In this document: positions 1 through 12,429 of the stretch, in pieces
Numbering within the stretch: position 1 is the stretch's first letter
Layout: every line of letters starts with the position of its first letter
Origin: Diadema antillarum
Lineage: Eukaryota
Assembly: GCF_040938485.1 (NCBI RefSeq)
Contig: NW_027271821.1
Span: 186,001-250,000 of the forward strand
Length of the DNA: 64,000 bases
Direction of reading: 5' to 3'
Translations under genes and position numbers: made by a program
The notes under the pieces: generated by a model
Seen by the model: only the letters and a program-made list of their open reading frames with translations
Databases searched by the model: none
What the model was told of the DNA's origin: nothing

Positions 1-3000
1 AAGAATGGCAGAAAATTGACTTTGTATGCATAATTCATCACTCTTATAGATTTCGGATCGTAGATATGATTCCAAGAAGAGTAAATGTTTCCTTTATCCC
101 CTTTTGCTGGACAGTCGGTCGACTTTTTGCAGCTTATGATCGATGCACAATCTTCTGACAAGGGAAAAGTAACCGAAACGAAAGACGAAGGAGACAAGGA
201 TGACATCCATGCCGATATCGAACGTCACCACGACGTCGACTTCCACACGAAGACTCTCTCGAAGAACGTTCAGCTCACAGACACGGAACTTGTCGGTCAG
301 GTGGGTGTGTCCGTCACGTCAGGCGTGACGTCAGGCGCAGACAGTCTGCTCTGTCTGCTCAGTCGATTCTGGCGACAGACGTGAGCAGCGTCCTTACACA
401 CACATACACACATACACAAACAAACCACCTTGAAAGTAGTAGAATCGGCATACACGTTGTTATGGCACGTCAAACAGTTATCGGGAGTATTCTACCGATA
501 TCATCGGTGGGAAATAATTTTTGTCTTTTTAAATGAGTGTATTTCCTGTCAAGCTATTAGGACTACCTGTCTCTCACTGCATGGTAGTATACAAGGTGTT
601 TGTTATGGTTAGGGCAAGGGGGTCTCGAGTAATTTGGCAAATGTGAATGTGGAAAACAGACAGAATGCAATTTATCGCTTCTTTGCTAATGACCCACTAT
701 TTGATTGCAAGACCTTTCGACTATACCAATATTAGGAGCAACATTATACAAGGACAGATTGAAATGTATATAATGGGCGTCAATAGAGCCAATAAGAGTT
801 TAAATATCAAACTTATATCAAATGTATACAAAAAATCATTCAATCATTGGTAGTCAAAGCAACATAGGCCCTAATGGGGATCCTCACTTCTTTGTACGAG
901 AGTAGTCAGTTTAGCACACATTAAAGGGTACTGAACCGTTAGAATGATCAGGAAAAGAAAAATGCCATTCAGTTTGAATAACTTTTTCAGGCAATAATAT
1001 TCTTCACTGCTGGATACGAGACTACCAACACCTTGCTGGGGTTCGTCTTCTATCTCCTCTCCACTCATCTCGAGGTTCAAGAAAAGTTGATCGAGGAGGT
1101 CGATGAGATGACGCCCTCTCGTGACTCGGTAGGCTACACGTCCATAGCCACCATGCCTTACCTGGATCAGGTGGTGTGTGAGACTTTACGAATCTACCCT
1201 CCTGCTGCTGTGTAAGTACACCTGATTAAACCTAATTTGCTCTCACCTGGATCAGTTACGGCACCGACATACCTGGATAAAGTTATTATGCCCTCTTCGA
1301 CAGAATGTAAACCCAACCTCCCACCTGGGGATCCACCCCAAAAATAAATAAACTTCAAAAGAAAGAGAAAATATTCCCTGCAGAATGATAAAAATGACAA
1401 AAATTAGAAAAGAAATAAGGAAGATATGATATTTTGAAATTTTACCCGTAAAAAACTGGTGTAAAAGTCGATGACCGGGGTTGAGGAGTACTAGAACAGT
1501 TTCTTTTGTCGAACTCTTTTTGCCAATGAAATGTCAAAATATGCATATCATGGAAATGTTTTCCATGAAGAAATAACAGCGTTTACAAATTAACCGAGCA
1601 TATTCATTTCATACACGTTATTCGTATATTTGGTATATTTGTGCATTTATTGTTTTGGTGATAAGCGCAATATTTAACGCTTGTATACCGCCTCCTCTGT
1701 ATCAATAAAAAAAAGCATCGGCATCACGCACCCACGTTCAGCATAGACTGGCATTTATTACAATTTGTCCCAGGTAAATTCTTAGTACGCCTGCTCTATT
1801 CCGCCTTAATTGCCATAATATCATGACATTTCTAATCTGTACTGGTGTTCATGTATGCGTGTGTGATTCCATCATTGCATGATGTACTACAGGATCAATC
1901 GGCGGTGCACCGAAAGTTTTACCTATAACGGAATGACGATCGAACCAGGCGTGGTTATCTTCATTCCTGTCTACAACATACACCACGACGAGAAGTACTG
2001 GCCTGACCCAGAGAAATTTGACCCGGACAGGTAACAAAACTTAAAATTTTTAAATTGTCTCTCATGATGAGTAAGCGTACTGTAATTGAAGCTATGGAGA
2101 GCGATGGAATTCAGCTGGTTATGGCTCACATGCCTAACTCTGAGTTGAAACCCTATCTTACTGAAATTGAAATTGGATTTATTTTTCATAATTTTATGTA
2201 AATTAAATTGATTCAATCGCGCGTCGGCCTATGAACATGAATGGAACTTTTTATCAAAGATGACTTTCTAATCATTGTTTTAATCAGTGTTTCTTTTTAT
2301 CTTATCAATATCGATGTCTTTAAGTACATCACTTTTTTTCTTCGCATTGTTGTGTGTTGAATTTAATCACGCTTATTCTGTTACGGTATTCTCGAATCAA
2401 CATAAAATGCGTATTGCAAATACAGGAACGACAGCAATTAAGAGGTTGAAGAGATTCATGTTTACAAGTCATTTCAGGTACATATTGACGATAGGGAATT
2501 TTAGCTATAAAAATCTATGAAACTTCTTCTTTCACACGTGGAATGAACCAGAGTGGTTCTTAACAACTGACTGAATAAATTCAACTGTCATGAATATGCA
2601 CTGATCAAGAAAATCTCGAGATTTTGCTGATGATGTTTTTGAAGTTTTACTTCTTTATTGTTTTTTTTTAGCTAAAATACTATTCTTTGTCACTTTTTTT
2701 TTCAAAGTATATTTCACACTGTATTTCGCTGCCAATACATCGATGTATTCTTCTGTCTTCAGATTCAGTAAAGTAGAAAAAGATAAGCGCCACCCTTTCG
2801 CCTGGCTGCCGTTCGGAGCGGGTCCACACAACTGCATCGGTATGAGGTTTGCTCTCATGGAAGCTAAGATGGCGATCGCTCGGCTCCTCCAGGAGTACCG
2901 ATTCGAGACGTGTCCACAGACAGAGGTATTTGGAGCTCGCAGGCCAAAGTAGCTAAGGCATATCTTTGCCAGCTTTGAAAACAAATCATCTGATGTAACA

Positions 3001-6000
3001 TATCTTTAATGGATGCAATTTCATTGTTTTTGCCTTTGCCGCAGTAACTTTGCCTCTTGAGCAGGCGTTTACTTGCGCGAGTCCCTGAATAATTTTTATC
3101 ATCACAAATAATGTCCGTACTGCTATTCAAAACATTGGATACAAAGTTAAAGTCGAGTGTACAGCAAGTTTTCAAAAGGATTTACGTAGCTTATGTTGTT
3201 AGTTCATGTGTAGCATCATTCCCTCCCCCCCCCCCAAAAAAAAAATCAAAATCAAAATTAAAAGGATAGCGATTAACTCAACAACGAGTATTCATATGAC
3301 ATTAATTTTTACACTGGAAAGCCTCAAATACAGATGAATTTTTTAAAGGAATTATATGTTTTCCTTTTAGGGCATTTTCTGACATACCTCAATACCACAA
3401 TAAAAGTTATGGAACGCTTCCCAAAGGACCATCGCACATTGTGATGACACTACGAATAAAAAATGTATTAAATCCTATACAGCCGTTATGGGGCAATCCC
3501 CTCACCACTTTTATCTATAAAGCCTACACATCAATGCTACTGTATGGACGTCATGCAAGAAATCAGTTTTGTCCTCTTTCTTTCTTTCTGTCTGTCTATC
3601 TTTCTTTCTTTTTATTTTTCAGATTCCCCCTAAGCTCGGTGATAACGGCCTTCTGTCACCGCCCAATGGGGTCAGTCTTCGCATCGTCACACGCACTGAC
3701 GCCGTCAACTGATTTTAATGCGCTGCAGTTATTCATTTGGACCAGGGTGGTGGAAGAGGTTCCACCTCCCTGTCTCTCTTCCACCTCCCTGATCTGGACT
3801 ATTCTCGAGTACTCAAATGAGTACCAACGCCGAAGAAATGAACACTTACAACATGATATCCCATCACAGAGATTTTTTTTAGAAACGTTTAAACTGTGTA
3901 AAATACACGAATAATTAATGTGTTTTCAACGTGGTGTAACATTTAAGGTGTTATTTCGTGCAAACAAAATTGTTTCATTTCTATCCTATAATCTTCTTCT
4001 TCTTTTCTTTTAAAGCGTAGTGAAAGTTCAATTGCTCAAATTCACTATACTTGTCGTCAGAAGCCCTCTACGGCAAAGCGTTGTTGCCAAACTCTTTTTT
4101 TTCTAATCAAAGACTGAATAAACGTTCGAAATGTTCGCGTTCTTTGATGGGATGGATACTGTATGGGAATTTAATACAAAAATTTTCTTTCACTCTTTGT
4201 TTTAGTTTCTGCCAAGTAAAGGATACTAGTATGATCCGGAAGAATCTGTTTTATATAAAGTTGTGAAGCTTTAGCACGCAACGCTGTCGGAAGCTGGACG
4301 TTTTAGGTTTCAGTTGCTGATATTTACCATGCATAGTCTGGATTGATTTAGTTGTTGTTCAATTGTTTTAGTTTACATAGTGTCAAATCAATATGTAGGT
4401 TGCTTAATGTTAAACGCAATAAGATGCACGTGCAACCAAAGCGTACAGGTGGCAAGGTTATGCTAGTAGCAAGCAGTGAGTAATAGAACTGAATATGAGA
4501 AACTGAAAATAAAGACGTGATGAGTTCTATAGAAGTAGTTGCCATTTTGAATACGCAAGAAACTGTCTCTGCCAAAAGTGTATAGTGATGCAAGACACCT
4601 TTCTTATAGAATACGGTACAAAGGAAATGAAGTTCAAACAGTTCCTAATATTGCCCGCTTAATCTAGGATGAACGATGATATTGGTAATATCGTCGGATT
4701 ATTATCTGTGTGTGTGTGTGTGTGTCACCCACCTACCGTTCCATTTTATTCATCATGTTGTACTTAAGTTTTTTTTTTCCTTTGTGTATGAGATGTGTCT
4801 TATGCTCTTAGTTTGTGTGTGTGCATGTCCTTATGCCAATGTATGGAGTATATAGCCTTGGTGTGTTGACGTTGTTTGTTTTCCATGTTGCGTATACCTT
4901 GATCTTTCAGAAACTGTTGTTTTCTATATCATTTTCTCTTGATTTATCACTTGAAGCAGAAAACAAACCACGTGTCTTTTGGGGTTTTTTTAATTTTAAT
5001 TTTTTGTAAAAGCGTTATTTCAGGTATATTTACAGTGTTCTTCCAGTAAATAGATGATGTAACTTTATTCGTATAAATCAAATTAAGATTTTTGGATTTT
5101 TCTTTCGAGCAATGGTATGACTATTCTGCCCAAGGATCACGTGACAAAGACCATAAAACAAGACAAAAAGACACTTTTAATTACATCACTTTTGTGTCAA
5201 TAATTGGTCAAAATTTTTTTCCCGTAGCCCTTAATATCCTTCAAGAAACAACGGAGGTAAACAAAACAAAAAATAGTAAAAAGAAATGGCGTTCCTAAAT
5301 ATTGGGCGGAAATTCCTCTCATATAAGTTATTATTAGATTTTCAGAAGTGATACTGTTTTGTTTGACAATATTGTGGAAAATCCTTCCACACTGCGTAAA
5401 GAGGTGCGCCGGTCATTGTAGTTGCCCAGTGTTTAAATTTCGAATACAAGCATTGTTCAATGAATGTCTCATACATACACACATTCTGCTGCTTGTTGCT
5501 CTTTGAAACTTTTTCAAATAAAAGTGTCGCCAGCTCTACAATGTCTCCATGTCTCTATGTTTCCTTGAAGTTGGAACATTCTTGTCTACGCTCTAATCAA
5601 AGATAAACACGGAGAAAAGAGAGAGTCTGTTTAACCCCTTGGAGAAGAGTAAAAAAAAAACAGCGTGCAGAAATCCATCGTTTATCACGCAACATCCAGT
5701 GTCATGTCTTTATATCATTTTTAGCATGAGATTTCAACATACATCAAAACACTGAACTCAACTTAAGTGACGGATGAAAAAAAAAATGGTGACTGTCATA
5801 TTTATTCATAAACGTATTGCCCACAAGAAACAAGTGGGCTTTTTACAAACCCTAGTATTGATTTCAGAATCTTGTAGCCGATGAATAAAACATACATCTA
5901 GTACAACTTTTCGAATATTCAGTTCTTCAAGGGAATGACGCATTTGAATGAGTTCCAACACCCGTGTTCATTGAGTTATGCATCAATCGGTTTCTTTTTA

Positions 6001-6784
6001 TTTTATTTTTTGGGGGGTGGAGATGGGGAGGTAAGGCGTTAATTGATAGATACACGCATAGAAAAATAAAAATACTTACTCAACATAGAAAATAAAGAAA
6101 TCATGTCTCATCATAAAGATGGGATGTGTACCCGACATTGATATGAATTTGTTAGATTTTTGTTTAAAACATCAAACACCATTTATTGAAATACAAAATA
6201 TCCTTATTGCCTATACAAAAAAAAGGTTTATCTCTTTAACACCATTCCTTTGCAAACCATTTTTTTTCTTTTGTGTAAGGGCATCTTGATCAGCGCGATG
6301 ACATTAATCAAATTTATTCATAGATATCCTTTCTTCCCCGTTGTATAATTACAGCGAAGAGGAGAGTACGTGCGATGATTAAAGTTTATGTGTGGAAATG
6401 TTGCTCGTAATATCAGTAATCAAATGTAGAAAATACCGATTGTGACTGATATGAAACAGTCGATAGTGTTTACATCAACCCACTTTAAATACGACATATT
6501 CATTCATGAATTATATTCTATACAAAATGGATATGGATGTCCACGCCAGTTGGGACATAAAACTCGTCAGTTATTATATCCTCACTCCAATCCCCCTCCC
6601 CTTCTTTTAAACTCAGTTTCTCTCATTATCCTATCCCTTCAAATGTTTAATAGGAAATACAGAGAAAGAGGGGGGGGGGGGAGAAAATAAGCAGTTTTCC
6701 GAAATTCGTCAAATGGATGAGAATCCGTGTCAGGTGGACCGTGACAGAGGACAAGTACAGGAAAGTTCGTTGATCTTTGATCAC
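1..6784 (+). repeat. Segmental duplication copy 1 (CYP-A exons 9-13, introns and about 3 kb of 3' flank); partner at 45449-52321
   Basis: Colinear alignment by eye from aagaatggcaga (1 and 45449) to gatctttgatcac (6784 and 52321); 12 differences in 798 coding nt, with more substitutions and small indels in the introns. Confidence 0.95.
115..3712 (+). CDS. Cytochrome P450, clan 3 (CYP3A/CYP5-like), CYP-A; 3' half only. Exons 115-300, 991-1211, 1893-2030, 2763-2925, 3623-3712 (equivalent to exons 9-13 of CYP-B); the 5' exons lie upstream of the window
   Basis: GT-AG exons join in frame and encode the I-helix AGYETT, K-helix ETLR, FDPDRF (PERF motif), heme-ligand FGAGPHNCIG and a stop at 3710-3712 (TRTDAVN*). 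Confidence 0.95.
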
Positions 6785-7605
6785 TAAAGCGAGTTTGAAG
6801 AAACAGGCACCACACTTCAAATTAATGAATTCCTGCGTCGAGTTGTTTTAACTGATTGAAAAAAATGCCTTTCATCGACGTAAGTAAGCACCGATTATAG
6901 TGATGCAGTATAGAAGCCATCATGATATACAGGGTTCGAACGTACTTGAGTTTGATCTAACCCAAGTATGTAGGCCTATCCAACTCAGGATCCAACCTGA
7001 GTATGTCTGCCCGTGTTAAGTTTTGTTTTTGTATTTCCTTGCCATAGTTATACTGCTATAAAACACCGACTACAATGGGTGATTATATACTTACGCCGAT
7101 GGAGGGCAATATGACAATCAGTTGCAAGAAAATACCACTGTTCTTCGTATATCATTTTGATCTTTGTATTACAATTTAATCGAATTGCAACTTATACCCC
7201 TTTCCCGCTGAAGGAAATCTTCCCCGGGGGCACCCGGGGGCACCCGGGTAACCCCGCAGTGTGAAAGGAAGGTTGAGTTCACGCAGTTGAACCCTGGGCA
7301 TAACGTTCAATACCTTTAATCGACGTAATAATAGTACACTGGCTGATGCAACCCCGCGGTGGAATGGAGCAATGCGTTTGAGTATAATAGACCTGCGTCG
7401 TACCTCCGCGAGCAGTTGAGGACATTGAACGACGCCTTCAAGCAACGGGTGAAGATAAAATAGAACACCTCTACTTTGGAAGCTGTGTTGTATAGCTGCA
7501 GAGCACGACTTGCTCCAACCAAGGAGGTACTAAACGAGCCGAGTATACTTCCTTTCTATAACCAGAGTGAGATGTTTTCTGTCTACACGGTGCGACCGGA
7601 ATTAA

Positions 7606-8163
7606 AGGGAAGGTAAACCCCAAGAGCAATGTGGATTGAGTGAAAGCAGCAGCATTAGTAGAACACATCAGTGAAAGTTTGAGGAAAATCGGACAATCGA
7701 TGCAAAAGTTATGAATTTTTAAAGTTTTTATGTTGGAACTGCTGGATGAGGAGACTACTAGAGGTTATGACGTATGAGTGGACAACAATACCAAGAAAAT
7801 ATAAAGAAAATTCTGCAAAAATCCATTTTTCATGAAAATTACAAATTCCATCAACTTGATATTGACATATGTTAAGGGTAGCAATTATTCTTCCTGCTTT
7901 CTGAAAGCGGTTGGTCCATTGCTCTTTCATAATTCTAGAAAAGTGAATTTTTGTTGAATTTCCTTTATATTTTCTTTGTATTGTTGTCCACTCATACGTC
8001 ATATCCTCTAGTAGTCTCCTCATCCAGCGGTTCCAACACCAAAACTTTAAAAATTCATAACTTTTGCATCGATTGTCCGATTTTCCTCAAACTTTCACTG
8101 ATGTGTTCTACTAATGTTGCTGCTTTCACTCACTCCACATTGTTCTTTGGGTTTACCTTCCCT
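7606..8163. mobile_element. MITE with about 200-bp TIRs and a TTAA target duplication (Kolobok-like)
   Basis: TTAA(7602-7605)|AGGGAAGGTAAACC...GGTTTACCTTCCCT|TTAA(8164-8167); the arms match over about 200 bp. TTAA TSD plus purine-purine termini fit Kolobok rather than piggyBac (CCC termini). Confidence 0.75.
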
Positions 8164-11100
8164 TTAAATGTCATCCACGGATAAAATTTATCCTCATAAT
8201 AGTGCCGTTAATCATCGGTTACAATCTCCTTCTTTGTTTTTTATTCAAATATTTTCAAGCCGCTATGAAATGATATTTTTAAATGTCGTATCCCATCCTT
8301 GGTGTATAGTTGAGTGAGTGAGACACTATATCACCTGACTGTTGTGACCAAATAATACTTGTCTTGGCTTTTAACACCGCTTGTTCGTACAAAGTTCACT
8401 CATGATAAATCTTTATCAGAGTCGAATTGTCAATTTCAGACAAGTCAAGGGAAGTGCTATTACATGTACGGCCTATCGTTGCAGGGTTTGGACTGAAAAT
8501 AAAAGCTCGACACAGATAAAGCTGCAAAATAGCGTTACTTGCGCCAACTGCATGTGGGCGTGCGTTGTCCCTATTTACCAATACCAGTGAACACACAGTC
8601 GATTCAGGGGGGTGCAGACTGGTCATAATGGAGCTGCACCTGTAGCTGCACTTGATCTCAGTTCAAGTGTTCCGATATCACATCCCCGTTCCCCTTTAAA
8701 CTGCAGCAGCTCCATGCAGCTTATTCGCAGTATTGTCTGGATTTTTTCGTTGTCTGTTTTCTCTCTTCTCCTCCCCATCACCGCCGCTGTCCTAGATCTC
8801 TGTCTGAGTGAGAGATTGAGTCTCGCTTTTTCGCTTTCTTCACGATCTCTCTTCCAACCGATGACCACTAATCGATGACTAAAACAGTCAAAGTCTGCTA
8901 ATACCTTGTAATAGTGACTGCATGGAGTCCTCTTGCTGACGCCACGTTTTCCCAACGTTGACACATTGCCAGGTACATCGTCAAGACGTGAATTTCCAAA
9001 GGATTCAGCCCGATAGAGGGTAAAGCATCATGTCGTTCAAGAGTAATAGTCTGGTAGGAATGGGGGGTCCCCATGCACCCCCGAACACATTTTTTTTAAC
9101 TTACTTTTTTGTAACCCTTAGGGTGTCTAGTTAATGAATTTTTTTGTTCCCAAGAAAAAAATCGTGTCCCATGGGGGTCATTGGCGGCCATCTTGGCAGC
9201 CATCTTGGATTTTCAGGGAAAATCATTATCTTCCATAACTTTTGAACTACACAGCATAGAATTATAAATAAAGCATTTCTGCAGGGTAAACATGACACAA
9301 GGAATCGATTGCAATGGTTATTTACATGATTAAAGCAAGTCTGAAACAAGAAAAGCCTAAAAACATGCAAATTTCGGTGTCATTTTCACCGAAAACTATC
9401 CAAATAGTTTAACTTTTGAATTACACAACATACAGGGACAAATAAAACAGTAATTCAGAGTTAATATGGCATGAGGAATCGTTTGAGAGAGTTATTTACA
9501 TGATTAAAGCAAGTTACATACAAGAAAAGTCCAAACATGCGAGGAAAACCAGTGTCGTTTACTCTAGAAATATTCCCAAGTAGTCTATATACATATATAC
9601 ATGACAATCTCATACCTCCTAAGAGTAAACTTACCTCTTTTTCTTAACAGTCTGGTAGGAAAGGGGGGGGGGGATCCCGTGCACCCTCATTTTTGTATCC
9701 CTTAGGGTGTCTATTTGATTTTTTTTTTTGTCTCCAAGTGAAAATCGTGTCACATGGGGGTCATTGGCAGCCATCTTGGATTTGCGAGGAAAATCATTAG
9801 TTTCTATAACTTTTGAAGTTTCCAACATACAAGGAAAAATAAAACATTTTTTCAGGGTATATGTGACATGAGAAATCGATTGAGATGGTTATTTACATGA
9901 TTAAAAAATGCTTGATACAAGAAAAGTCCCAAATATGATAAATTCTGTATCGGTTACACTGAAAAGTACCCAAATAGTTCAACTTTTGAACTATACAGAA
10001 CATACAGGGACAAATAAAACATTTCTTCAGACGAAACACAGCATGAGGAATCAATTGAGATTGTCATTTACATAATGAAAGCAAGTTTGACACAAGAAAT
10101 GTCCCAAAACTGAAAAATTAAGTGCTGTTACTCTGGAAATGGCCCAAATATTTCATGCTACATACATGACAAATTGCATACCTCACAAAAGTGACTAACA
10201 ACTCTGTCTTTAGATCATTGCCCAAATAGGCCTTTTTTGTTTTGTATCAAAAACATTAAATAGAATCTGAAGAGAAAATTAATTTCAAGCATTGTCACCC
10301 CTCACTTGGTGAAATAGAATAAGAATGTAAGCACTGTGGTAATTCATATGCAAATACCCTTAAAAAGAGGTGACACATGATAATAATGTTGATCACAACA
10401 CTTAAAAGTGACTAATGGACAAAGATAAAACTGGAACTTAAATTTGATACTCTTTGTGCGCGTTCAATTTCGTTTCATTTTATATTTAAAACGAGTTTGA
10501 GTTGGGATATATTCAAGGAAACAATCACTGTGTCAAAATGTCGAGCCGATTTCAAAAATTTAGATGCCAAAATGGTTTCATTTATTCTCAAGTTAAAAAA
10601 GCAGTTCATTCAATAATGTATTTGTTTAAAGTTTATTGTCCGAAAACAAAAAGAGAAACATTTCATTTGACAGCCGGAAATCTAGCCTGTGAATAGGGAC
10701 TGTATATCAATGTGGATTGCTGCTACTTTAATTTAGAAATATTTGCATGTGAATCGCTTTTGTGCTTACATCCTGTATGCATTCAATTCAAGTTCACATT
10801 GATTGGAATTAAGTTTCCTTTCGAATTCTGTTAAAAGTTGTCTGATATAAGACGCAATATTCAAGCTATTATCAAAAGACATAATGATATTTTGAAAGGG
10901 TTAGTCACATACCGATTAGTGATTGGCTGAACACAGTCACGTGATGGAAGTATACATTCGTTATGTTGGCCCACGGGCGAACATTCTTGTAATGTTCTCC
11001 CATGGGAAAACATTTCCACGTGATGGACCGCAGCGCACTTATAACCTCCCTCAATAGCATTTCAAACCCTTCGGGTGGAACATTGGGTATGTTCCCTCCG

Positions 11101-11306
11101 CCGCCAGTCATCATCTATATATTTCAACGTTTGTGACATGTGTATATGCTTTTCATGAAGTATGGAATTAACGTATATTGAAAAAATATAAAGTAACACA
11201 ATATGACTTCACTTTTCTTAAAAAGTATTCTGAATGCTCACCCTGTGTAACTGTACAAACCACAGAAGCGGTTATGCGATATATCAGGTTTTCATTTCAC
11301 ACTTCT

Positions 11307-12330
11307 TTAATTTCTATACCGGTAGTCATCATCAAAACGATCATTGTAATCAATGTCTGGGTCCTCTTCTTCATCCTCCTTCATTTCCTCAGTAATTTTC
11401 TGAAGCAAGTCAATGAGGGAAGTCGGAAAGATAGGGCCACTTGACCACACTGGCTCCATCATAACAAAGGCTACTTTCTGCCATCCTTGTCGTCCAGAAT
11501 CAAAGGAGTCATATACAGAGCACCAGAAGAATGGTTGGTCAGCTCTCTTTAAGATGGCAAGGCGATGGGTCACACATTTAATGTGTGGGATAAGGTTGTC
11601 TCTGCAAGGTGTATATGAGCATGAAGAAATCCACATTGGAGTTTGTCGTCATTTGTTCGCCCTCTCCCATCATCTGCTTTGGATGATGCTGCTGTAAATA
11701 GACTTCTCCACCTCTTATGGTCATACATTAGGCATGTGAATGCTCCAATGTCTTCTGTCACCTCTTATTGGCTCTACAGACCACCCATCTCCAAGGTTTA
11801 AGTGGGGGACGAAAAAACATTGGCACATTTCAAAATCATGTTGTAAGATTTCTGCAGTGTTCATTATAATGTAATATTGAACAATTTACCACATTTCAGT
11901 AAAATATTGCAGAGATTATAATGTCATACTACTCTCTCCTGAATGCTGTATGGTACATGGGGTGGCTTTGTAGATTCTTTAGGGGTCCGACTTTGCCCCT
12001 ACTCTTGAAGGCACTTGTTACATCTTCCCCTGTAAGCACATGTCGTCCAAGTATTGTGGTACAGTAGCCCGCTCCCTTTGATTCAGTATGCCAGTTCAAC
12101 AACATTCACAATCTGGCAATGCTCGACAGTCCATTTATAAAGGAGGATAGTGAGGGTGACGGAGTGAGATGGCGCAAGAAGATCAAGAAAATGTCTGTGT
12201 CTGGTGTCCTTACCACAGCTGCTTTGTACCCAAGCTTAATAGTGGAATACTCGAGGTAGAGCGCTACCCTGGTGTCCTTCTCCTGGTTAGACGGCAGCTC
12301 ATGGATAGAGCTTATTGTCTCCTGGGATGA
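11307..12330 (-). pseudogene. Decayed C-terminal XPG/FEN1-like nuclease segment of an Academ transposase (left copy)
   Basis: The minus strand reads SNQEKDTRVALYLEY..LGYKAAVVRTPDTDIFLI, CTTILGRHVLTGEDVTSAFK, KVGPLKNLQSHPMYHTAFR, then an intron remnant, then PCRDNLIPHIKCVTHRLAILKRADQPFF..EPVWSSGPIFPTSLIDLL and an acidic tail; it has frameshifts and stops. Confidence 0.7.
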
Positions 12331-12429
12331 GTAATTAGGTGAACAAAAAGAATGTAACAGGAATCACTTAAGCTTCAGAGAATGTGATTTCTGTTACATT
12401 CCTTTTGTTTACACAATGATATGTTCCAA

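Noticed and set aside
3441-3914. 157-aa ORF overlapping the last CYP-A exon (and its twin at 48908-49312)
   Set aside because: It is a different frame from the P450 exon, spans intron and UTR, has no recognisable motif, and the duplicate copy stops earlier
7195-7270. Harbinger-like mini element (cctttcccgctg ... cagtgtgaaagg)
   Set aside because: The inverted repeat is only about 12 bp with mismatches, and no clear TSD is present
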